DNA of 64,000 bases from contig NC_092679.1 of assembly GCF_964355755.1 (NCBI RefSeq), forward strand, positions 5,858,201-5,922,200, in the 5' to 3' direction. Every line of letters begins with the position of its first letter. The stretch's first letter is position 1. The notes below the pieces were generated by a model, which saw nothing but the letters and a program-made list of their open reading frames with translations, was not told the DNA's origin and did not search any database. Origin of the DNA: Antedon mediterranea (lineage: Eukaryota > Animalia > Echinodermata). The translations under genes were made by a program, and so were the position numbers. Below are positions 21,308 through 33,600 of the stretch, piece by piece.

Positions 21308-24300
21308 TACAGAAGAATAGTGTAGTATTTACAGAAAACGAAATTGTAAAAGGCAAAAGCATGGAAAAAAACAACCAAACAACTGAGAAAAATCCAAAAA
21401 CAATAGAAAAAGAAAAGCAGCAAAATGGCGATTCAAAGAATGTTTATGATACTGAGGATGCGAAAGATGAGAAAGAAAATTCTCAACAAAAAAGCGAAAA
21501 AAAAGAAGAGGAACTCAAAGATCAGGATGACAATTCAGATGAGAATGATTTGGACATGGACGTTAAGTTGTACGAGTTGACGATACGACAACAGAATGTT
21601 GACGTGAAACCTGAATCACAAGAAGCGTTAGATAATTGCAAATCAGAAATAACTCGGGCAATGGAATTTCTTCAAAATGTGGTTGATTTTAAAAATGAAC
21701 AGATTTTAATAAGCATTGAAGTGATCAAAAAAAGTTATTCAAAGTGGACTAAATACCGACCACTTCTTGGCCAGCACTTGTGTAATGTTGGATTTCCAAG
21801 TTTATTTACAAAATATTGGATTGAATTAAACAAATTGGATTTATTTGATCAGGAAAATGTAGTAGAGCTGAAAGTGTTTAAAGCGATGAATTTAGTAGCA
21901 TGGAATTATTCTGATGCTTCAGTCGCTATCTGCGAAGAGCTTGGAAAAGCTGGTGCTGTACCGCTACTACTCTCAAGCTTCACACAGAACGAACTTTTAC
22001 CCGATGTCATAACGAACCCTGTTATTATTCATGTCAAAAGTAGTCTGGGTATTTTGAATAACATGGTGCGGCTTTTTCCTGACAATATTCAGATTTTGCG
22101 TGACAACGACGCTGTCAAAAAACTTCTTGATTACTCATCAGTCAAATTTTTAATTCTAAAAGCGAATTGTTTCATTATTTTGTCTTTTTTAATCACGGAC
22201 GATGAAGTCAGTTTATTGGAGAACATGGGAACGGCTGTTGGCTTTATTATCAACCTTCTTACAACCTCGTTGACATCCGGTAAAGCACGAGGTTACAGTA
22301 CTTCAGAAATTCTTCTAGCTTTGAACAATCTTGCGGGTAATGATGAAAACAAAGTTAAGATAGTGGTGAGTAATGGACTTGCTCAGTTAGACAGAGGACT
22401 TAAAAAAAATGCAAAGTCAATACTTATTTTGTCGTCCATGCTTTGTTGGAAACTGGCTTTCATTCAAGAAAACCGAGTAAAAATGCGAAAGGAACAGAGT
22501 CTTATAGACGGTAAGAATACTTGTGTAGTGTGCAGTTCTGTACTTTACTTAAATACCAAGCCATAGCCAGGATTTTTGTGTTTCTTTTTTTAACATAAGA
22601 AGCATAAATCTTCAGAATCTACACTCCCGCTGCTAGTTTGAAAAGTGCATTTCAGGAAAAACCTTTGGCTATGGGCTTGTATATTTAAAAAGACCAAGCA
22701 TGCCAAGTATTATATTTTAATTGTTGAAAACATTTATTGAAATTAAAAACAAATTCAATTTTTTTACAGGATTGAAAAGGCTAAAGAATTCTGAAAGCCA
22801 TAAACTGAAAGCAACATGTGCTGGTGCACTATGGGAAATATTCGAGGGCCAACCTGAAGAACAATTAAGTGAGGATTCTCCTGTTCTTACTTTGTCACAG
22901 AAGCATGTGATGCTCAGCTACCAATGGGATGTCCAGCCAAGAATTATCCAATTGAAGCAGAAACTTCAAAATGCTGGTTACAATGTTTGGATGGATATTG
23001 ACCAAATGGGTAACTATCTTACAGAATAGGTTCTGTTGTGATATTACAGAATAGGTATCTTATAGAATGGGTTCCGTATCTTATAGAATGGATTCTGTAT
23101 CTTACAGAATGGTTTTGTATCTTACAGAATGGTTTTGTATCTTATTGAATAGGTTCTGTATCTTACAGAATAGGTTCTGTATCTTACAGAATGGTTCTGT
23201 ATCTTACAGAATGATTTTGTATCTTACGGAATAGGTTCTATATCTTACAGAATAGGTTCTGTATCTTACAGAATGGTTCTGTATCTTACAGAATGATTTT
23301 GTATCTTACGGAATAGGTTATGTATCTTACAGAATGGTTTTGTATCTTACAGAATGGTTTTGTATTACATGGAATTGGTTCTGTATCTTACAGAATAGGT
23401 TTCATATCTTACAGTATAGGTTCTGTATCTTAAAGAATGGTTTTGTATCTTACAAAATGGTTTTGTATTATATGGAATTGGTTCTGTATCTTACAGAATA
23501 GGTTTCATATCTTACAGTATAGGTTCCGTATCTTAAAGAATGGTTTTGTATCTTACAGAATGGTTTTGTATCTTACAGAATGGTTTTGTATCTTACAGAA
23601 TGGTTTTGTATTATATGGAATTGGTTCTGTATCTTACAGAATAGGTTTCATATCTTACAGTATAGGTTCCGTATCTTAAAGAATGGTTTTGTATCTTACA
23701 GAATGGTTTTGTATTATATGGAATTGGTTCTGTATCTTACAGAATAGGTTTCATATCTTACAGAATAGGTTCCGTATCTTACAGAATGATTTTGTATCTT
23801 ACAGAATGGTTTTGTATTATATGGAATTGGTTCTGTATCTTACAGAATGGTTTTGTATCTTACAGTATAGGTTCCGTATCTTAAAGAATGGTTTTGTATC
23901 TTACAGAATGGTTTTGTATTATATGGAATTGGTTCTGTATCTTACAGAATAGGTTCTATGTATAGTACTGTACTGTATATATTTTTCTGTGAAGGTACAC
24001 TCGGTGACTAGTTATAATAATCATTTATGCAACACTATTTCATGTTTTTATCATTATAGAAGGTGACATACTAGGTGCTATGGCTGATGCCGTTGAAAAT
24101 GCTGCAGTCATTTTAACCTGCATTTCTAAGAAGTACAAAGACAGTACAAGTTGTAGAACAGGTACTGTTGTGTCTTTAAAGTACAATTTCTTTCATATCT
24201 GCATTAAGCCATTAAACTATTTCATTTGCATTTTTTTATATTTTCACAAATGTTAACTTTTAATTAATTTACAGAAGCCACATATGCTTACAAGCAAAAC

Positions 24301-25104
24301 AAGGCAATTATCCCTTTGATTGTTGAGCAGGGCTACGTGGCCGACGGGTGGCTTGGCGCCCTAATAGGTACCCTTATCTACTTCCCCATGTTTGATGACT
24401 CAAAATTAGAAACGGAGATCAATCGAATCGTAAGCGAGATTGGTGATAGAGGTAAAATGCAGAAAGGGCAGCAAACAGAACATACAGGTAGTCTTTAAAT
24501 TATTTAACATGTGCTTATGTTGTATAGTTTTTGGTCAGGATTAGGTGATAAATATAGCGGCATCTATGCTTTATTGTCTCCCACTATTTAATTTTTTCGT
24601 GTTGGGTCCTCTAAAAATCTAAGCTTGGATTATCAAAGTATGCTTCACAAATAATCCGAATCTGCTGAATGGCTTTTCTTTTCCTCAGAAATTATTCCTG
24701 TCGCAACTTCAATAGTGAAGTGTGGTAAAGACTCAACTGATAGTCCTTTCATCTCGGCTGCAAAGGTAGCAGTGGCTGAAATGGTATCAATGACTATAAC
24801 ACCACCAACAGCTGCAAAGACATCAATGACAGCACCGACAACAATTGCTGCAAATAATACGACAAATATAGCTGGCTGGACGACTTCTGATGTCGAGAAG
24901 TGGTTGAAAAAGGTTAAACTTGAAGAATGCCGCTCTGCAATGGAGAATGTTGATGGCGACATTCTGATTCAGATGTACAAGATGTCAAAGGATGCACCAG
25001 AGTTTTTCTACTCAAGGCTGGAAAGAGATTTTGATATGACACATTTGCTGCAGGTACTGAAGTTTAAAAGTGCATTGGAGAAACTTATATGTCCAGGAAG
25101 CTGA
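21289..25104 (+). CDS. ARM-repeat / TIR (TIR_2-like) / C-terminal SAM-like protein with N-terminal MGCGSS acylation motif
   Basis: Exons 21289-22510, 22770-23009, 24060-24161, 24275-24487, 24689-25104, all phase 1 GT-AG. ARM-like helices (ELGKAGAVPLL, LALNNLAGNDENKVKIV, ACAGALW-like); TIR HVMLSYQWD...GYNVWMDIDQM..DILGAMADAVENAAV...SKKYKDSTSCRTEATYA...IIPL..GYVADGWLG; SAM-like WTTSDVEKWL...VDGDIL...LKFKSALEKL. Confidence 0.9.
23016..23958. repeat. ~19-20-bp minisatellite (TATCTTACAGAATGGTTTTG) filling the intron inside the TIR domain
   Basis: Read directly; starts a few bases after the donor at 23010. Confidence 0.95.
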
Positions 25105-26460
25105 ATGTAGGCAAAATGGAACAAACCATTGCTTAATAGGGTATATATATATGTGCTCACATTACTTTTAAATATACATCAGATCAATAGAATGCCTTTG
25201 TACGTAATAGTTCAATCCTTACTTGATCTTGAAAGGCTTGTTTGTCTACAAGAGAAACTGGGATTTACTATGATGTGATCCACAGCACTACAAATCCTTC
25301 TTTTTTTTTAAGTTGACCTGCTCGGAAGAGGTGTGCTGTACGACTTTTTGTAGAATCCAACTTTGTGTTCAAATTCTTGCATGGTCTTCTTGCTGGTCAA
25401 TTCTGATCATATCCTGAAATGTTATGTATAAGAAAATGAGGCACCCGAGAGTAAATTAATGGAAGTGTGTCGCCAATATTGACCCTGCAAAACTTTTACA
25501 TACAATAAATGGCAAAACTTTTACATATACAGTGTATGGCAACATCTTTATATGGAAATAAACTTTGAGATGATGATTAAATACACATATACCAAAATAT
25601 GTTTCTATAACATTTATTTCACAAAACTTTTTTTTCCAACTAATTAAAAAAAATTTAAACTAATCAATGGTTTGTCTATTCTAAAATAAAGGTTATACTG
25701 GAGTAACAGAAAATATTGTCTTTATTATGAAATCTTTTAAAACATGATGAAAACAAAATGAAAATGTAATAGTCAGCCTCCAAATTGAATGAATGTGTAA
25801 TTAATTTTGACTAATTTTAACCATGATTGAGATTCTCCACTGTATCTAGGGAAAATCAACATCATGTACAGTACCCTATATAATCATTACACTGTCAATG
25901 TAATAATATACAAATAACGATTGTTTAAAAGTGCGTACTATTGCACGCCATGTGACCCACATTCGTCCAATCAAATGACAGGAATTTTTTTAGGTGTTAT
26001 ATGAAACTAATTATTGAGTACTGTATATAGAGTTAGAGTTTAGTCTTTATTGATCCAGTTCAGGAAATTACATACATATATATAGGCCTATTATTGTATT
26101 TAATGTTATAAAAAAAATATATGATTTCTAAACTAAATATCTATAATATATATACGAATTTATGTTTACAAATAAATATCTAATAATGTAAATATAGAAA
26201 AGAATATAAAGTAACATAATATCAAAATATCTAACTTTCACCACAAAAAGATGCATGATGCATAATTATGTTCTGCTTATGAATGTCAGCACTGTATCGC
26301 CACAGTATCAGAGGCAAATTCAGTAATCAATCATGGATAGATACTATGATACAGACATCACGTGTGATGCTGTATTACAAAAAAAATACAGGAAACTGAA
26401 ATTTTATGAATGCTGATTTATACAGCTTTTTCTCCTTAAAATGTGTTGATGTCATCATAA

Positions 26461-26616
26461 AGCCGATTTTCCACTAGGCGAATTTGTTCGCGCGAATCGA
26501 AGGCGTCGGCTAATACGCATGCGTAGAGAAGGATTTGGAAGATGTAAACATAAATACACATGCGTACAAGCTGGCGCTTTCGATTCGCACGAAATTCGCC
26601 TAGTGGAAAATAGGCT
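26461..26616. mobile_element. Palindromic Harbinger-type MITE
   Basis: TIR AGCCGATTTTCCACTAGGCGAATTT / AAATTCGCCTAGTGGAAAATAGGCT, flanked by TAA and TTA. Confidence 0.8.
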
Positions 26617-27017
26617 TTAGAGAGGTTAAAATCATTAAAAATATGTTTATTCTAAATCTTTTGTATGGAAGATTAAAACTGCAACATGACAACTGCATAC
26701 CATAGTAAGTTACTGCTTTTTAAAATAATTCTAAAATAGAAAGCTGAAATGGGGGTGCCTGTGTCAACCACACACTTAATATTCAACTGTTCATCAGATA
26801 TTAAAATATTAATATTAACATATTTGTGTAAACATGCTGCTGCTGTCTGACTAAAACAAAACAAATTCTTCTGTTTTTTCCTTTGCTTTTCACTACTAAT
26901 ACAGTACATTTAGAGACAAACCAGCTTTTCATTTTCAACCCAAATGGCAAAGCTATATTTATGCTGTTATGGTACATGGTATCTGCTTTAATTTCCATCG
27001 AAAAATTTTTTTTAGGG

Positions 27018-27370
27018 TGTACTGGTACTGCTGGACAGTACATCTCATCCGCTCTTCATACCAATGGTGCCGTTTACAAGTTCGGAACCCACAATATACA
27101 AACCAAAAATAAAATATATATTTGTGTAGCTGGTACTCCTGTACAGTACATCTCTTCACTCTTGATACCAATGGTGCCGTTTACAAATTCAAAACCCACA
27201 ATATACAAACCAAAAATAAAATATCATATATTTGTGTAGCTGGTACTGCTGTACAGTACATCTCTTCACTCTTGATACCAATTGTGCCGTTTACAAATTC
27301 GGAACCCACAATATATAAACCAAAAATAAAATATCATATATTTGTGTACCTGGCACTGCTGAACAGTACA
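27018..27370. repeat. ~110-bp tandem repeat x3 in the predicted papilin 3' UTR
   Basis: CTGGTACT.CTGTACAGTACATCTC...GTGCCGTTTACAA...CCCACAATATACAAACCAAAAATAAAAT occurs three times. Confidence 0.9.
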
Positions 27371-27664
27371 ACTTGCCCACTCATGATAAAAAAAGTGCAT
27401 TTTATGAGTAATAAAAATAGTAGTAATAATTACCCGTAATATACAAATGTAAAATACTATTTGGTTTTGGTATTCCTACCAAGAACCACCTACAGTACAA
27501 CATGAGATTTAAGACTCATTGAAAATAAAACAGCTACTGAACACCCTGATTTTGTTTGCTTTCCTATGAGTTGATTATTTTCAGTAACCAGCATAGTAAT
27601 TATGCGAACATAAGTCATACAGACCCAGTAAAAATAAAACAGCTACTAAACACCCTGATTTGGT

Positions 27665-30600
27665 TTACTTTCCTATGAGTTGATTGTTGTCGGTACATGT
27701 CTGACAACAGTAACCAGCATAGTAATTATGTGAACATAAATGAGCAAGCAGAATAAGATTACAGTTGGCGAACTCTGGTTGGTCTCTACATACAGGATTT
27801 ACAACACCACCTTTAAAAAAAATTGAAAAATCATTTTAACATTTCAAACTTATTACTGTAAAGCCTCTAAGCATTATCAACCTCGGCCATTGGATCAAAC
27901 ACTATTAATTTTATTTTATTTTATTCCATCGAAACCAACAGCAATAATTACCGCCACTAACAGGTTTGATACAGACAAAGCCAGGACTGAAAGCACCTTG
28001 ATTGGTCCTAACATTGATCAAGGGCATCTCTCGTCCAGTGCCCACCTTGACCAGAGGAAAGGCATGAGCCAATACGTCTGAGGCAGATACTAGATGCAGC
28101 TATGATCAGCGCTGTTGTTTTTTATCCTACCAGGTAGGCCTACCCACTTGTAAATCTGGATGGAGGGACGCAATTGCCTAAAGACTATCAAACAAGTGCC
28201 TAGCAAATATGATAGTGTATGACATCATCTGGTCCATATATGGGCACATCATATTTTTTTGTCACATAAAGTTTGATAGTGTAGACAGACCTTAAGCACA
28301 CATAATTTGACGAGAATTGATCTCGAACTCGTGATCCCGATACACACTTATCTGACACAAGAAATTTAACTGACCTGTTATCTTGACCTGGGCAGACCTC
28401 CTCTGAGAGCTCCTATTATTGGATGCTGTACAGGTATAAAGACCAGCATCAGTTTCTTTGGCATCTAAAATTTTGGTATAAAATTTGGAAAATTAAACAT
28501 TGTAAAAATTCACTCTTGTACTCCTCATGGACATGTCGTTGATGTGGAGAGGGGGGGGGAGGGGGCAGGAATGGATGCTGAAGAGTGGTTACTATTTATT
28601 AGTAATAATAAAGTATTATAACATCTTGATTTGCCTTCAATTTAGTGCTGAAAAAGATTTCCTCGGATGACGATAGAAAATTTCACTTGTAAGTCCGATT
28701 TTTGCTTGTGTAAAATTATATATTAACATTTTTTTTACAGTATATTAAAATTGATTAAAAATTCACCTGAAATAACTAGATTGCCATTTGGCCAGATTTT
28801 GTATCGTTCAAGTTGTGGAAGTTGAATGCTGTTCTTTGTCCAGCGAATCACTGGCTTTGGTGACCCTGTACTCGTACAACTAAGCGTGATCTTATCACCA
28901 ACGCTACGGGTCATATCACGTGGTGGGCTGATTATTTCAACATCGGCTATAAAATAACATGATTTCAGGTTGAATTATATATATATAGATATTTGTATTT
29001 TTTTCATTTTTGTAACTTTTTTCTATAATGCATTTGTTGGGTTCATCTATCAAAAGTGGAAGTCAATTTATTGTTATGTTTCTTATTTTAAACAGTGACC
29101 ATGCCTTAAAGTTTGTCTACATACTTTGGTACAATTTGTATATTGACTTACATTCATTATACAGTATTTTGTGACGGACTATTCTTGACTGTCTTTATAA
29201 AGGTCTGTTTATGCATTTTCATCTTTTTTTAACTACTCACATAAAATATGTTTTGTGCCTCAAAAGTTTTAACTCTTTTAACAAGCTCCTATCACAAATA
29301 GAATACATTTGTTTTGGATTTTGAAACTAGAAACATACCTTCAACAACCAGCGTATAGCGTGTTCGCTGTATAATACCAACGTACGTTCTACCAATGCAC
29401 TCATAACTACCGGAATCATCTAACTGGATGTTTCTAAGGACGAGAGTGTTATCCTGAAGTTGTAATATGTAGGGGTCATTAACCGGTAAAGGTTCCCTTC
29501 CACGTGTCCACTCAACCGTAGCATCATCAAAACCAGTTGTACACTCCAAACGAACGAGGGAGCCTTCTACAGCTGTCACTGTCTGATGGTTTGATTTCTC
29601 TCCTAAAAAATATTGTTTAATGTTAATTTTGATAAACACCAAAACCAAACACCTAAAATCTCATAAATAAACAGAAACCAGAATGTGCTGTGAAAAAACA
29701 AATTTTTAAGGAAAATCATCGATTATCAGTGTACTTACTGTTTACATGGATCAGTCTTTCTGTTTGTATGCAATAAGAGAACGTAGACAAAAAATTTAAC
29801 AAAAAAGAGTAGGCAAATTGTTAACGTTATGTAAATTTATTCTTATCGTCAGCCTGTGAACAAATGAGGTTGTTGCTAACTAGCAGGCATACTTTTTGCA
29901 CAAAGTTGAAATTTGTAAAAAGTCAAGCAATTAGATTAAGTATTATGCTAAATTAAAACAAAATAAAATTCTTAAAATCTTACTATGTACAACAACTTGC
30001 AGAGAGTGCGTGATTTGCCTGCCAATGCCATTATCAGCTACGCATGTGTAAGTCCCTATGTCATCTTCCTTTGTTGGGAAGATACTCAGAACACCACTAG
30101 CCTTTACTTCCAGACGTCTGTTATTTAAATTTTCTGCCAATCTACCATCCTTATACCATGTGATGGTTGGTGATGGCTGGCCAGTGACTGTACATGACAG
30201 TTTAAGTGCTGTACCTCTCAGAACCTTTTGATCATAAGGTACAGAGGTAAATTTAGGTGCTTCAGTATCTGCAAAAAAAAAGATTAAAACTGGATTCAGC
30301 CCTTTGTACATAAATAACATGTAATAAGTCGGGAGATCAAAGTTGCTACAAGTTGTAAAAATTTATGCAGATGTGAAAATGGTACAGTATTAGAGACAAT
30401 CTTGATCCTAGCCAGTTTGGACAACTTATGAGGTCATAATTGTGAACCCTTTTACATACCTGGGCAACCTATGTAGTCACTCCTTTCAGCCATATTCACG
30501 CCATCTGGGCAGCAGCCATAGTAGGATTGATCACAGCTTATAAATGTTGTTGTCTCATCCTCAATAGTTGTAGGTGATGGGGCTGGCCGTGTTGTTGACC

Positions 30601-33600
30601 TTTGAGTTGTTAACTTCTGAGTTGTTGACCTTTGAGTAGTTTGAGACGTTTCTGTTGTTGGAGAACTTTCTGTTGTTGTTTGTTGAGTTGTTCTCTGACT
30701 TGTCACCCATCGAGGGATAACAGTGGTTAAAATTTCACTTTCAGGTGAATTCATTAATTGTATTGGAGGTCTTGGAGTAAAGGTAACCTTTTGTTTAGAT
30801 GGTGATGTTGAAAAATATGATTGGTCCTCGCCACTTCCATCTCCAAACAATTCACCTGTAATATGATCGATGCAACAACAATTAAAATAAGCAAGCCATT
30901 AATTATTCTTACCTTACCCTCAGCTCTATCATCTCCTTTTAGATGTAGTCCTCCTCTACCCTTTTGCCATTCCTTTCTTTAAGTATTCACTCATGGGAAA
31001 ATTCTTTTCAATCTTACTGTACCATCATTATTTATTACGGGTGCAAGTCAAGTCGGCCCCAAACAGTCTCGGCCAAAGTCAAGACAGCCCCACGTCAAGA
31101 CGGCCCCACGTCAAGTCGGCCCCAAGTCAACTCGGCCCCAAGTCAACTCGGCCTCACGTCAACTCGGCCAAAAACTAATCGGTCAACGCGGCCACAATAA
31201 AGTATGGAACGCAAAAAGTGCTTAATATTATTTCGATTATTACTATCCACTCATTAAAAAAAATTAAGAAATAAGAAAATAAAACAATGATATCATTGCC
31301 GATATGAATAGAAGTACCCGCGTTTTACAAAAACACGTGCATTTAGTAAATCGAAGACCATCATGGAGCTATTATAGCTCCATGGTTCCACCATTTGGCC
31401 ATAGAAAAATGATCGTACTGTACATATCGTTTTTGTCCATGATTTGCGTTTTTAAAAAAGGGGAATCCCCCGGTCAGCGAAAACATGTAGCTGCCAAAGG
31501 CACAGGAAGGCGCAGCTACGAATTGGTTTCAGATGTTGTCGCCTAATCAAATGCATACACTGAAGAAATCTACGTGTGATTCAACCATAGAGTTAACATT
31601 AATTAATACCTCAATGATTCAACCAAACAATCCAACCAAACAATCTTATTACACCTATATGTCCTCGCATATCGGACATGTTTATTGAATTTTGACGCAC
31701 GAACGAACATACGCGCCCACGTACGTGCATCATCATATTGGGTGTGTATGCCTACAATGTGTTCCTATTTATTATCCAAATGTTCATATTGTAATCATTA
31801 ATAATAGTATGAATGCTAGCTTATTAATCAATTGTTTGTTATGCGTAATTTCAGAACAATTTGTGCAATTTGAAATTTTATTAAACGTAAATAAAGAAAA
31901 ATTGGTGAAATCCTTCTTTTTTTTTTGCTAAAAGTATTATTGTCTAAATATTAATATTCATTAAAAGTCAGAATTATTCATAGGTAATAAAAGGTTTATC
32001 AATCCCCTTCCTTTGCACCTTTTGCATTCCATACCTTAACGGGGCCGAGTTGACCGATTATTTTTTGGCCGAGTTGACGTGAGGCCGAGTTGACTTGAGG
32101 CCGAGTTGACTTGAGGCCGAGTTGACTTGGGGCCGACTTGACTTGGGGCCGACTTGACTTTGGCCGAGACGGTTTAGGGCCGACTTGGATCGAAATCATT
32201 TATTACCTATTACCATTATAGGTCTAACATTGTGGAACTTTTGTTAAATGTTTATTGTATTCATGGTTTTGTTTTATCTTTTTAAACCGGAGTCTGAATA
32301 TTAAAGGTGGGACGTTGACTTTTTGATTCTGTTCGCTGTGCATTAAATAGAATGTTTTATTATTAGTCTGTCAATGTCTTGACCTGTACCTATCCTTTCC
32401 ATACTTCCTCCTTTTATGTATTTATTTATTTTTATCTATTTATTTATTTATTTATTTTTATTTATTTATTTATGTAATTATTACTTTATTTTTATTTATT
32501 TACTTTTGTATTTATTTACTATTTTTCTTATTTATTTATTTATTTATTTATTAAGGCTCGCCTTGTTTTCATCTTTCTGGGCATCTGCTTTCATTCTCTG
32601 ACCTATTATTATTTTCTATGCATTTTATCTTTTCCTTACCTTTTTTGTCAGAGTTTGTAAATAAATGATGAGCATCTGCCTTCACTCTTTGAACTATTAT
32701 CACCATTTTATATACATTGTATCTTTTCCTTACCTTTTTTGTCAGAGTTTATAAATAAATGTCATGAAATGAAAAAAAAGACGAGATTAAAGCCATTATC
32801 TCTGTTCACCTTATCTACGGCAAAAGTTTTCAAGAAGTATGTCAAACAGAAAATGACATGATAAAACTTACATCTTGGTTGCCTTCCACGTCTCGTAGGT
32901 CTTGTTCCTCTGATCTCAACTCCGGTATTAATCTCAACACAAAAGCAATACCCTTTATGACATTGTACACGTTTATACAGCCCATCATCCGTACATTCAG
33001 GAATAAATGTCTCTGTGTCGGCACTTATTGCAAGTTGTCGCTCCTTCTCACACTTGTTCAGTAATGAATCAACCTCTATAAATGACGTATCAACAAGCAA
33101 TTTTAGTTTACAGTACAACAGTAGAACCCTTCTCTAGGACAACAATATTATGGGGACACCAATATTCAGGGGACATCAATATTCAGGGGACATCAATATT
33201 ATGGGAATACAATATTCAGGGGACACCAATATTCAGGGGACACCAATATTCAGGGGACACCAATATTCAGGGGACACCAATATTCAGGGGACACCAATAT
33301 TCAGGGGACATCAATATTATGGGAATACAATATTCAGGGGACGCCAATATTATGGAGACACCAATATTCAGGGGACAACAATATTATGGGGACAACAATA
33401 TTATGGGGACAACAATATTATGGGGACACCAATATTCAGGGGACACCAATATTATGGGGATGCCAATATTCAGAGGACAACAATATTCAGAGGACACCAA
33501 TATTATGGGGACACCAATATTCAGGGGACGCCAATATTCAGGGGACGCCAATATTCAGGGGACGCCAATATTCAGGGGACGCCAATATTATGGGGACACC

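Noticed and set aside
23437-23952. ORFs within the TIR gene intron
   Set aside because: Minisatellite translation; the TIR reading frame joins cleanly from 23009 to 24060 without them.
21289-25104. Naming the gene SARM1
   Set aside because: Domain order (TIR before a single SAM) and the N-terminus differ; orthology cannot be shown here.
32416-32601. Hydrophobic 61-aa ORF
   Set aside because: (TTTA)n low-complexity sequence.
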